A stretch of DNA of 64,000 bases from Camelus dromedarius (Eukaryota): NCBI RefSeq assembly GCF_036321535.1, contig NC_087437.1:79114001-79178000 (forward strand), given 5' to 3'. Position numbers and translations under genes: made by a program. The notes beneath the pieces were generated by a model. That model searched no databases, was not told the origin of the DNA, and worked only from the letters and a program-made list of their open reading frames with translations. Numbering within the stretch: position 1 is the first letter of the stretch; every line of letters begins with the position of its first letter. Below are positions 39,751 to 51,589 of the stretch, one piece after another.

Positions 39751-42700
39751 CTTACAGTTTTATTTAGATTTAATTGACATGAAGCATGGTGTAAGTTTAA
39801 AAATGATTACCGCTATGGGTTTATTGAACATCCATCATCTCATATACACCATTGAAGATAGCAAAAACATTTTTTTAATTGTGATGAGAACTCAGGATTA
39901 CTCTTGTAACAACTTTCAAATATGACATAGAGCAGTGGTAATTATCTTTATCATGTTGTTACCTCACTAGTACTTATTTATCTTATAAGTACTTTTGACT
40001 ACCTTCATCTTAATTCCCCCTCCCTTCACTCCTACCTCTGGTAGCTTCAAACCTGATCTCTTTTTCTATGAATTTGTTTGTTTGTTTTTGAAGTATAATT
40101 AATATACACCACTATGTTAGTTCCTGGTGTACAACACAGTGATACAATATTTCTAGACATTTCAAAATCATAACTGTAAATCTAGTTGTCATTTGTTGGA
40201 GTACAAGGATATTACACAATCACTGATGATGTTTTCTTCTAGAATTTTTATGATTTTAGCTCTTACATCAAACATTTAATCCATTTTGATTTTATTTTTG
40301 TATATGGGGTGAGAAAATCATCCAGTTTGATTCTTTGCATGTAGCTGTCCAGTTTGCTTAACACCATTTATTGAAGAAGCTGTCTTTTCCTCATTGTATA
40401 TTCTTGCTTCCTTTGTTATAGTCTTATTTCCCACATAAGTGTGGGTTCATTTCTGGGCTCTCTGTTCTGTTCCATTGATCTGTATGTCTGTTTTTGTGCT
40501 AGTACCAAACTTTTGATTAGTATAACTTTGTAGTTTAATTTGACCTCAGGGAGCATGATACTTCCTGTTTTGTTCTTTCTCAAGATTGTTTTGGCTCTTT
40601 GGGATGCATTTCCAATAAAATTTTAGAATTATTTGTTCTAGGTCTGTGAAAAATGCCATTGGAATTTTGATAAGGATTGCCCTGACTCTGTAGATTGTCT
40701 TGGGGAATATGGTCATTTTTAAAATATTAATGCTTCCAACATGGTACATTTTTCCATTTGTGTCTTTCATCTTCAATATCTTTCATCAGTGTTATAGTAC
40801 AGGTCTTCTACCTCTTTAGTTTGAATCAATCCTAAGTATTTTATTCTTTTTGATGCAATTGTAAGTGGGCTCGTTTTCTTTATTTCTCTATCTGATAGTC
40901 CATTGCTAGTGTATAGAAATGCAACAGGTTTCTGTATATTAATTTTGCATCCTGCAACTTTACCACATTCACTAATGAGTTTCAATGGGTTTTTCTGGTG
41001 GAGTCTTTGGATTTTCTGTGTATAGTATGTTATCTGCAAACAGTAACAGTTTTAAATCTTATTTTCCTATTTCAATTCATTTTATTTTATTGCTATATCT
41101 AGGACTTCTAATACTACTTTGAATAAAACTTGCAAGAGTAGGCATCCATGTCTTGTTCCTGATCTTAAAGGAAATGCTTTCCACCTTTCATTACTTTAAA
41201 TATATCATGCCACTCCTTCTGGTCTGAAGAACTTCTGATTAAGAGTTAACTTATAGATTTATGGGATTTCCTTTGTATATAACTTGTTTCTTTTCCCTCA
41301 CTGCTTTTAATATTCTCTCTTTATCTTTATTTTTTGGTCATTTTAATTGCAGTGTGGTCCTCTTTGGATTGATTCTGTTTGGGACTTTCTGTGCTTCTTG
41401 GACCTGGATGTTAGGAAAGTTTTCAGCTATTATGTCTTCAGAAATGTCCTCTGTCCCTTTCTTTCTCTCTTCTCCTTCTGATAACCCTGTAATACAAATG
41501 TTAGTATGCTTGATGTTGTCCCAGAGGTCTCTTAAACTATCTTCATTTATTTTTTTTCCCTTCAGTTCAACTTGAGTGATTTTCACTATTCTGTCTTCTA
41601 GTTTATTGATCCATTTTTCTGTGTCACTTAATCTACTGTTGGTTCCTAGTAGTGTATTGTTTTTTATTTCAGTTATTGTATTCTTCAGCTCTGTTTGATT
41701 CTTTGTTTTCCAACTCTTTGTTAAAAACTTCTAACTTCTCATTCTGTTTATCCATTCTTCTCCTGAGTTCTTTGAGCATCTTTATGATAATTACCTTAAA
41801 CTCTTTATCAAGTAGATTCCTTATCTCCACTTCTGTTAGTTCTCCTTCTGGGCTTTTATTTTGTTCCTGTCCCCTCATTTTGCCTAATTCACTGTTTTTA
41901 TTCCAGTGTATTTGGCAAGTTGTTTACATTTCCTGTTCTTGTAGAAGTAGCCTATTTAGGAAACAGCCTATAGGATTCAGTAGCACAATCCCCTCTGATC
42001 ACCAGAAATATATGCTTTAGGGGTGCGCTATTTGTGGGCTGCTTGAGCCCTTCGGTTGTGGCAGGCTGACTACTATAGGCAGTCTGCTAGGTGTGGATGG
42101 TCTCGCATCTGGTTCATTGCAAGTCTTGCCTTGTGTGGAGGCTGCTAGCTGCTGGTGGGTGTAGTCAAGTCGTTGTGTGACTAGCCGCATGGCCAGTGGT
42201 GTTCCAGTCTAGGTGCTGGCATGCTGGTAGGTGGAGCCAGGTTACAAAGTGACTAGCTACAGAGCCCTAGGTGTCCCAGGGCTACTGCTGGCCCACTCAT
42301 GCACAGAGCTGGGTCCTGGGGTGGCTAGCTGTGGATTCAGGGATCCCAGACCTAGATTCAGCCTCCTGATGGGTGATCTGTGCCCCAGAGGTGGCCCAGG
42401 GCTTGTGTCCAATTCCTGTTGGGCAAGGCCAGTTCCTGACACTGCTGGCTTCAGGGTGCAGGGTGACCCAGAGCTGGTGCTGGCCAATAGGTAGGTGGGG
42501 TCAGATCTCAGGTTAGCTGACTGAGGGACCCAAGGTGTCCTAGAGCTGGTATAGTCTTGCTATTGGGTGGTGCAAGTGTCATGGTGTCCCTGGGCAGGAT
42601 CTGCCTACTACTGGGTGGGCTGGGTCTTAACACAGCTGGCCATGGGGTCATGGTAGTCCCAGGGCTGATGTTGGCCTGAGGTTGGTGGGGCCAGAGCATA

Positions 42701-43726
42701 GAGAGTCCTGGGGCTGGTGCTAGCCCACTGGTATGTGGAGCCATGTCCTGGGGTCTCTAGCTACAGGGCCTTACTGGTCCTGGAGTTGTTTGGCCCACAA
42801 GTAGGTTAGGCCAAGTTACAGGTAGCTTATAGGTTGATTCTGGCTTCCTGGTAGGTGAGGCCAGGTTCTGGAGCTAGTGCAGGCTAGTGGGTGATCGTGG
42901 CCAGGTCTCAGTGTCCTAGGGATGGTACCCTTTGGTGGTTGAGGCTAAGATCCAGGGCTAGTGTTGGCCCACTGATGGGTGGAGCTGGGTCCAGGGCATG
43001 CTGGTGGACTGGGCCCAGCTAGCTGCCTTGCCTGGAGACTCCCATGACTGGTGACAACTAGCTGGTGGACTAAGCTGGTTCCTGGCACTAACAAGCTAGA
43101 AAGAGGATTCCAAAATGGTGCTTACCAGCACGAGTGTTCTCATGGTGGGATGAGCTGCTGCCAGTGTCTAAGTCCCCAGGGTGAATTTCATTTGCCTCCT
43201 GCCTCTCCAGGAGGCTCCTTAAGATCAGCAAGTGGGTCTGACCCAGGCTTCTTTCAAATTACTACTTCTGCCCTAGGTGTCCAGAACATGTGAAATTTTC
43301 GTGCACCCTTTAAGAGTGGAGTCTCTATTTTGAACTTTCCTCTGGCTCTCCAGAAAGTAAGCCCCATTGGCCTTCAAAGTCAAACATTCTGTGGGCTTGT
43401 CTTCCCGGTGCAGGACTCTGGGCTGGGGAGCCTGATGGGGGGCTAGGACCACTCACTCTTTGGGGAGAACCTCTGCAGTTGTAATTATCATCCCTTTTGT
43501 GGGTTGCCTACCTCAGGGTGTGGGTCTTGACTATACTGTGTCTTCACCCCTCCTACTTGTCTCACAGTAGTTTCTTCTTTATACTTTTAGCTGTAGAAGA
43601 TCTTTTCTGCTAGTCCTAAGATCTCTTTCATGCATAGATGCTTTGTAAATAGTTGATATCTTGGTGTGCCTGTGGGAGGAGATGAGCGCTGGGTCTTCCT
43701 ACCCTGCCATCTTGGCCACTCCTCTC
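39751..43726 (-). mobile_element. L1 retaining both termini but with two large internal deletions (cetartiodactyl-type)
   Basis: 5' end with YY1 motif at 43726; GC-rich repetitive 5' UTR; ORF1p peptides (LRDLWDNIKHTNI, IIAENFPN); ORF2p peptides (KVAGCKINIQK, IKYLG); 3' UTR at 39751-40228. Confidence 0.95.
42080..43080. repeat. Degenerate tandem monomer array (about 50-72 bp units) in the L1 5' UTR
   Basis: Recurring CTGGTGGGT-like anchors near 42151, 42223, 42295, 42365, 42415, 42487, 42559, 42609, 42680, 42727, 42797 and 42847. Confidence 0.8.
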
Positions 43727-45766
43727 ATTGTTGTTTTAATTTGCATTTTGCTAGTGACAAATGATATGAAATATCTTTTGTGCTTATACGCTTATGCACC
43801 ATTTGTACATCTTCTTTGCTGAGGTATCTGTTAAGCTCTTTTGCTACTTTTTCAGGGTCAAATAGGTTGTTTTCTTATTGCTGAGCTTTAAGAAGTCTTT
43901 ATATATTTTGGATAGCAATCCTTACTCAGATGTGTTTTTTACAAATATTTTCTCCCCATCTGTGGTTTCTCTGCTATTCTCTTGATGTTGTCTTTCACAG
44001 AGCAAAAGTTTTTAATTTTAATGAAGTCCAACTTACCATTTTTTTCTTTTTATCTTTTCTTTTCATGGATTGTGTCTTTGTGCTGTATCTAAAAAGTTAT
44101 TACCACATCTAAGTTCATGTAGGTCTTCTTCTATGTTATCTTCTAAAAGTTTCATACTTCTGAGTTTTACATTTAGTTCCTGAGATCCATTTTAAATTCA
44201 TTTTTGTGAAGGCTGTAAGGTCTGTGTTTGGATTTATGTTTAAGTTGAAAAATGTCCAGTTGTTCCAGCACAATTTGTTGAAAAGATTTTTTTCTCATTG
44301 TTTTTGTTTTGCTCCTTTGTCGAATATCATTATTTGTGTAGGTAAATTTCTGTGCTCTCTATTCTGTTCCATCAATCTATTTATCTGTTCTTTTGTCAAA
44401 AAATGTCTTGATTACTGAAGATTTATAGTCAGTCTTAAAGTCCAATTTTTTCTCCTTCAACAGTTTGTTGACTACTCTGGGTCTTTTGCCTCTTTATTTA
44501 AATTTAGAATTATTTTGTTGTTATTCACAAAATAACCTACTGGAATCTTGATTGATATTGCATTGAATTTATAGGTCAAATTGGGAAGAATAAATACCAT
44601 AATAATACTGAGGCTTTCTATTCATGAACATGGAATGTATCGTCATTTTTTTAGTTCTTTGGTTTTGTTAATCAGAGTTTTATAGTTTCTCTTGTAAAGA
44701 TCTTGCACTTGTTAGTATTTCATTTTTGGGGTGCCAGTGTAGATGATATACACATTGTGTTTTTAATTTCAAGTTTCACTTGTCTGTCACTATTTTATAA
44801 GAAAACAATTGACTTGTATGTGTTAACCTTGTATACTGCAACTTTGCTATAATTACTTCTTAGCACTAGAAGTTTTTCATCAGTTCTTTCAGATTTTCTA
44901 CATTGAAGATTATGTCATCTGTGAACAAAGATAGTTTTATTTTTACTTTCCAATCTGTATGTCTTTATTTTTTCTATTCTTATTGTATTAGCTAGAACTT
45001 CCAGTACAATGTTAAAAGCAGTGGTGAGAGGAGGCATTCTTATTTTTTTTCTCTTCTTAGTAGAAAAGCTTCAAGGTTCTCACCATTAAGTATGATGTTA
45101 GCTATAGCTTTTTTGTACATATTCTTTATCAAGTTGAGGAACTTCTCCTCTACTCCTAGAGATTTCATTGTGAATGGGGTAGGTTTTTTGCATCTATCAA
45201 TATGATCATGTGATAATTCTTTTTATCTACTGAAGTAATGGATTGTATTAATTGATTTTTGAATGTTGGGTTAGTCCTGCATACCTGGAATAAATCCCAC
45301 ATGGTTGTGATGTAAGCAGGTTCTCTTTTGGTTTAACTAAAGTCAGAGATAATAATTAAGAGTGGCAAATGTAATGATTCAAATATTAGCAGCAGTGTAA
45401 CTACTGATTTGTAGGCATGTATGTAACAGTAATTCCACATAGATTTGTATCTATTTTGTTTAGATGTTTTATCTTACTTTTAAATCTAAGAAATTTAATC
45501 TAAGTTAACATTTTAGTAAAATGTAATTTTCTTAAATATCTGTATAGAAAGTCATAAGAAATGTAATTTGGTTGAACATATAGATCAGTTAGTACAATCA
45601 TTTAGTTGAGTGTAATGATTTTTCTTTGTATGATAGTCATGTTCATCTGTCTAGAAATCAGATATAACTTTAATTGTATGTTATCAATTTTCAGACTGCA
45701 GCTCTTCAATATTTGAGAACACTTATGTTATCTTTTCTCAGGCTTATAAGATAAATATCTTTATAG

Positions 45767-46285
45767 TAGTAATTGTTTGTCTGTCCCTTCATCCATCCTT
45801 ACCTTCCTCCTTCATGACAGAATTTAGATTTTGTTCAATTATCTATTTTTTAATGCAGCCCATGTGTGTCAGGAAAAATGCATATACCGTCCATAGGACC
45901 TGAGTTTTGGTATAGCTAAACTAACTATAGTAATTCCAAACCCTTTGTAAATGATAGATCAGAAACCTATGCTTAAGTTAATTACATTTGTTACTCACTT
46001 GGACAAAGTTATTAAGTCTTGTGTGAACACCCAATCACAGGGAAACCAATAAGGAAGCATCTAGTCCCACTGCCATTCATTCCAGTGATTTATGAGCAGA
46101 GGGGAACCAGTCTTGCCAGCTAATGATCCCAAGAGAATGAAGCCAAGATCATAGCATTGTTGGACCACTGACTGACTCAAAGATTGAGGTTTGATCTATC
46201 TCTGGACCTCAAATTAGATGAGCTTGTTGTTTAAGGCAGTTTGAATTTTTTTCCTGTTACTTTCTAGACTTTAGATTAGTTTAGA
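45767..46285 (+). mobile_element. Old MaLR LTR (MLT1K/L-like)
   Basis: CTTCCTCCTTCATGACAGAATTTAGATTTTGTTCA...GTTTAAGGCAGTTTGAATT...CTGTTACTT. Confidence 0.6.
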
Positions 46286-47689
46286 TAGATTGATAAACAC
46301 TTTATGTATACATAAAATATGTATTATATGTTATAATATATATATATTTCTACCTCCCTGAGTAAGACAGCAGTTGAACTATTAACTTCTGCAAAAAATG
46401 ATACAACGTTTTATTTGGCAGAAAGAATAAGTAGATTGGTGATGTGCATATGCTGCAGGAAACATGGACTTATATGGCTCACTAATGGCTTAGTGGTTGT
46501 CAAGACCTCAAAAAGTGCAAACAATTAGGGGAAAAAAGGGTTTAGAAGTCAATCAATCAATATAATTAAAGTGTAGAAGCAACTTCATTTGTTTCTATTC
46601 ATGTTATTTTCTGTGTTTAGGTAGAGGTTTCTCCACAATGAGGCTCGTCATGGTGTGGGATGAGTAGGCAATACCACTACCTCACAAGTTCGGTCTTACT
46701 GATTTCTCCTATAGGTGTTTATTCCTTTGGGTTGAAATATTGTAAAGTCTTATAAAAATATAAAAACATTATCATAGAAGGTTAGAACTATCAGTCAGTA
46801 ATCTCTGTCCTAGCATAATTTTATCAGTTAAATTAGCTTTTCAGTCACTTAGCTTAAATGAAAGCCCACAAGACAAAATAAAATTCCCTTTGTCAGAATT
46901 TGTTGTTATGTCTATCCCTTTCACTTACTATTAATGCTTAGAGAGTATTGTGGATTTAATTTTGAAAATATGACTCAGATAAATATACATTATGATTCAC
47001 TTACTTTAAGAGATAAAAGTTCCTTTTATTCAGGAGCCAGAAGGACATTATGCTAATATGTTGTGTCCTAAAACACACATAAGACTCTTAACGATTCTTT
47101 TAGAAGACCAATATTATTTTTTATAATTCTATGTATTTGTTTTGATCTCTATAAGAGCCAAATATATTTATATAATTTCTTAGGGCTTTGATATCCTTTG
47201 CCTGGATGCTGCATTTTTTTTCATCCATAAGCATTTGAATGTACTTCCAATGTTTTAGTTCGACTTTGTTTTTCCCATGGTTGAACAATCAGCTCATTTG
47301 CTTTTAGAGTCTTTTGATGTTTTTGTTGGCAGATACCTTCCAGTGACAAGACTCATTTTTTTCATTGCTTTTATTTGTAAACACTAGAGATGAGAAATGA
47401 TATGTTAGTAATGAAATAGTCTCTCTAATCAATATTTTTAAGATAAAAAAGTATACTTTTAAAGGGCTAAATTTATGAATTGTATTCCAGAATTCAACTT
47501 CCTCAATTTCCTAGAACCCTTGAATATGAGAACAAAGAGGTTTTAGAAGTCATCTGAATAAATATTCCTCCATTTTTTTGGCATTATAAAAGTGAAGAAG
47601 GAGAAGCAGCCTCATTTATTTACATTCATTCTGTTAATGACAGAGCTAGAACACTGAAAGAACAACTTCTAGTGATATTTCACTAGCGA

Positions 47690-48170
47690 ATCAGATATTA
47701 ATTACAGTAACACCATGCAATAAACTATCCTCCAGCATCCCATAGTAACATTTCTTTACTTACTAGTCTGCAAGTCAGATGGGCTATTTTTTCTATTTGA
47801 GTCTGAGCTCAATCACTTACGGTTGACTGGGGGTTTGCTGAGGCTTTAAAAATCTTAGGCTGGGGTCTGGATTGGGCTGTCGAAGAAGACTCTGATCCTT
47901 GTGACTTTTCTCCTTCATCAGGCTAGCCTTGGCTTGTTCACACAGATGAGATAGCATTGTAAAAGAGTAAATGAAAGCACACAAGGACTCTTGAGGCCTC
48001 AGTTTGTAACTCACACACCATCATCTCTGCTGAAAGTCACAGGCTAACTCACATTCATAGAGTAAGGACATAGATTTCACTTCTTGCTGGAGAATAATAA
48101 AAATACATTTAAAAAGTGTACATAGAATGAGAGTTAAGAACCTGGTCATGTTTGTAACCATTTAACTATT
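47690..48170 (-). mobile_element. Old MaLR LTR (MLT1H-like)
   Basis: CAGGCTAGCCTTGGCTTGTTCACA...GAAAGCACACAAGGACTCTTGAGGCCT...AAGTCACAGGC. Confidence 0.75.
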
Positions 48171-48636
48171 ATGAACATACTCATTTTTCTCTATCTATAT
48201 TCCTTGAAGACTTCCTCATCTTTGTACGTAACCTCCAAACTGGTATCACCCATCTCCAGGTTCTCTGCTTTTAACATGTGCAGTGCTGGCAGATTCTTGT
48301 ACCATTCAGTGTGTGCTTTTTTTCACCATTTCTATGAGATGCAAAGTTAAAAAAGCAAAAAGATATATCATTATCTTTCTAGGAATATGATATTTATCTT
48401 CTGTATATCAGAATAACTTCACTTATTCCACTGCATGATAAGTAATTGTAATGCATTAATTTTACAGTAAAACATAAAAAAGTTATTTTCAAGAAATCTT
48501 TTGTTTATTTTATAAAGTGGGGTGTTCTTTTTCAAGCAGATATCAGCCAAAGAACTAAGGTTGTCTTTGAAATGGAAACCAGGTGTTAAAACCTCTGTCT
48601 TCATAATTAGCACTCATGTACTTCTTGCCTAAATAT

Positions 48637-49095
48637 TGTGAGATAAAATTCATATTTTATGGCAAGACAAGAAAAATTTGAACATTAAAAATTATCTCTG
48701 TCCCTTGGCCTTCTGTCTCTCCGGACTGTGCATTGTGTATCTGCAGTATGCATCGATCAAGCCTTCCCCATTGGCAGGAATACTTGCTTCATAAAGAGGA
48801 ACGTCCTCCAAGCATCAATAAGACAAATTCTTAAGAGATAGCATTCCTTCTTGATCTTGTAAGGTGTTACATGACTCACCAGGATGACGCTTAGATCTGG
48901 ATTAAGTATACTGTCAATAATATGTCATTTGATGTACAGCCCTCTGTCTCAAAAAACTTATACAACTGTGCCTTGATTTCTAATTAGCAGTTCTCAGAGC
49001 TTTCTGAGATGCTCTTCCTGGGTTACAATCCTCAAATTTGGCTTGAATAAAATTTTCCATTTCTTTCTTAAATTGACTGTAATTTTTCATCGACA
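48637..49095 (+). mobile_element. Intact 459-bp ERV1-class solo LTR (MER41-like)
   Basis: TG...CA ends, perfect 4-bp TSD ATAT (48633-48636 and 49096-49099), AATAAA at 49046. Subfamily assignment is from memory only. Confidence 0.85.
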
Positions 49096-49364
49096 ATATA
49101 ATTTTCTTAAGTTCCTATCCATGAATATATTCCTTGAACAAAATAAACTCCCCACTCTTTCACAATTTGTATTCTAATAGAAAAAAATGACAATAAAATA
49201 AATTATCAAGTAGTTGTAAGTTTCATAAAAAGAAATAAGATCATATTAAGGAAAAGATGGTAATCTCATTTTGTCATAAATTGACTACTGTGATATGAAG
49301 TGGGGTTAGTGAGAAAGCTGTAAGATCTTCAAATCTATCCTTATCATTGTAGTAGTTCTCTAGT

Positions 49365-49605
49365 GTCTTTGTGGAGTTAGAAAGATATAGATTTGAATTC
49401 CAATACTATGGTTAACTGGGTATGTCACCTTGAAAGACTCTTGGATAACCTCTGTGAATCTTAATCCCCTTACCCATAAAATATGATTGTTAAAAAATGC
49501 CTCATAGGATTCAGGTAGGTGGGGCTTCAACAAAGCAAGCATATCAATTAGGACTTTCTAACAGAGTGCCTTCCTTATAGTAGAGGCCTCAAAAATGTTT
49601 GCTAG
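49365..49605 (+). mobile_element. MIR SINE
   Basis: GGAGTTAGA...TTTGAATTCC...ACCTTG...TAACCTCTGTGAATCT. Confidence 0.75.
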
Positions 49606-49832
49606 TTTATAAACTGTATTGGTGCTCAAATCTCGGCATGTGTGAAGGAAATACAGATTTTCTTCTGAAGTAGCTTGAAGTCTCTTTGTGTAAGTTTTCA
49701 TGGTGATGGATGTACATTTGTAAAATTATTTTTGTTCTTCTTTGTGCTAACTTCATCATTTCCTACTATTATTATGTCACATTTTTATTAATATTCTTCT
49801 GTGTGATGGATGAATAGTCAGTGATGCTCACC

Positions 49833-50032
49833 TGTTAAGAGCAACAACTTAACAACTTCAGAGTTAGGACGTAAAGTCTGCTGCTTATTTGCTGTGTGAT
49901 TTAGAGGAAAAAACTCAATCTCTCTATGCTTAACTTTCCAAAACAGGGGGAAAAGGGAATGAAAATAGTACCTATATCATGAAGCTCTTGTTAATATTAA
50001 ACAGTTAAATATTTTTTGATGCACTTAAAATA
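49833..50032 (+). mobile_element. MIR SINE
   Basis: GTTAAGAGCA...GCTGTGTGATTT...AATAGTACCTATATCAT. Confidence 0.7.
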
Positions 50033-50087
50033 TTGGAGGTCCTCCATCTTGTGTATTATTATTTTTAAAGGTAGAACTATGAGGGTG

Positions 50088-50098
50088 TAGACAGATAA

Positions 50099-50157
<59 letters not shown>

Positions 50158-50161
50158 GATA
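50088..50161. repeat. (GATA)n microsatellite with minor interruptions
   Basis: Read directly from the sequence. Confidence 0.97.
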
Positions 50162-50337
50162 TTGCTTATATATTCTTAAAAAGTGTAGAAATAGATTGCA
50201 TGCTAAATTAAAGGATTGCAAATGACATTTTACACTGTTTCAATAGTGAAAATGGTTAATGTTTACTGAGAATTTTGTTTATATTTACTATCTCATGATT
50301 ACTGTTTCACAGTTTCAGTAAGAGGTTATGCAGTATT

Positions 50338-50406
50338 TTTCTTTAGTTTTGATAATATACATTTCTTTAGTTTTGATAATATACATTGTATATTTGATAA
50401 TATACA
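50338..50406. repeat. 24-bp tandem duplication plus a partial third copy
   Basis: TTTCTTTAGTTTTGATAATATACA twice, then TTGTATATTTGATAATATACA. Confidence 0.9.
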
Positions 50407-51233
50407 TTAGTCTCATACTACATCAGTCAATACCTACATAAGAATATACAATGGATATGTACTTGACAAAGTAAAATAAAGTGAATTCATATATAGTAGG
50501 ATTTCGGGTAAACTTATAATGGAATGGTGTTATGGTATATATAAGAACAAGAGAGAATGTTACAGTATTTATTTTGTTTCTCCAAGTTGTAAATTTTTAA
50601 ATTACTGATGCATGTCAGAGATTTTAAAGAATGGGCAGGGTGGATAAAGCTATAGAAAAAGCTATTGAAAAGAGCATTACAATAATTATATATATTCTTC
50701 TACTACTTCTCAGTCAAGTCTACTAGGCACTTTCTCACTGTAAGTGACACTAACTAGGAAGGAAAAAAGAGGGGTAAATGAAGAGTTCTTCTAAATTTAC
50801 GAAGCAAAGGTAGAAGCAAATAAAACAGGAACTCAAAACATATAAGGTATACCAATTTGCTTCAGTTTGGTTCAGAGAACACTTTGAGGAGCAATTTAAT
50901 TTATTTTAATAAAACATATTCTAGTTTAAACTATATACTATATTTTTTATTTTTCCCCAGCATATAAATTTGTCTCTTTCATGGGAACAAAAATTGTAAG
51001 ATTCATGTCCTGTGTCAAGTTGAAAATACTATTTTTATTCATTTAGGTTGCTATTTCACAACTGGCTCAACTGGAAGACATGAGCAGGATTTCTGACAGC
51101 CCTTAACAGTCCAGTATCCTGGGTGGCTACCGACATTAATCTTTGGTTTTGACTGCCAGCCTTTGAGGACTCAGGCCACTATACCTCAGACAGCACAGAT
51201 TATAGCTCACAGGTCACCACCTGTGAAAGGGCC

Positions 51234-51589
51234 TGTCTTAGTCTATTTGGGTTGTTACAACAAACTGCTGCAGACAGAGCGTTTATAAGCAGCAGAAATT
51301 TATTTCTCACAGTTTTGGAGTCTGGAGGCCCAAGATCAGGGCCCAGCATGGTTGGGTTCTGATGAGGACCCTCCTCTAGATTGCGGACTTCTCCCTGTAT
51401 CCTCACATGGTGGAAGGGGCTAGGGAACTCTCAGGAGCCTCTCTTATATGGCACTAATCCCACTCATAAGGGCTCCACCCTCATGAATTAAGCACGTCCC
51501 AAAGCCCCACATCCTCATATCATTGTCTTTGGGTTTGGGATTTCAATATATAAATTGGAGGAACATAAACATTCAGACCATACATAGCA
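51234..51589 (-). mobile_element. Complete MLT1A-like solo LTR
   Basis: TGTCTTAGTC...CATAGCA, 356 bp, perfect 5-bp TSD GGGCC (51229-51233 and 51590-51594). Confidence 0.95.

Larger units (their letters stand above)
39645..45312 (-). mobile_element. Older L1 ORF2 fragment, split (39645-39750 and 43727-45312) by a younger L1
   Basis: GATATTTCATTG.. at 39725 resumes as ATTGTTGTTTTAATTTGCATTT at 43727; antisense ORF2 continues to GGAATAAATCCCACATGGTTGTGATG. Confidence 0.9.

Noticed and set aside
42080..43080. Regularly spaced repeats resembling a CRISPR array
   Set aside because: The units are degenerate tandem monomers without unique spacers, within an L1 5' UTR in a mammalian genome, and there are no cas genes.
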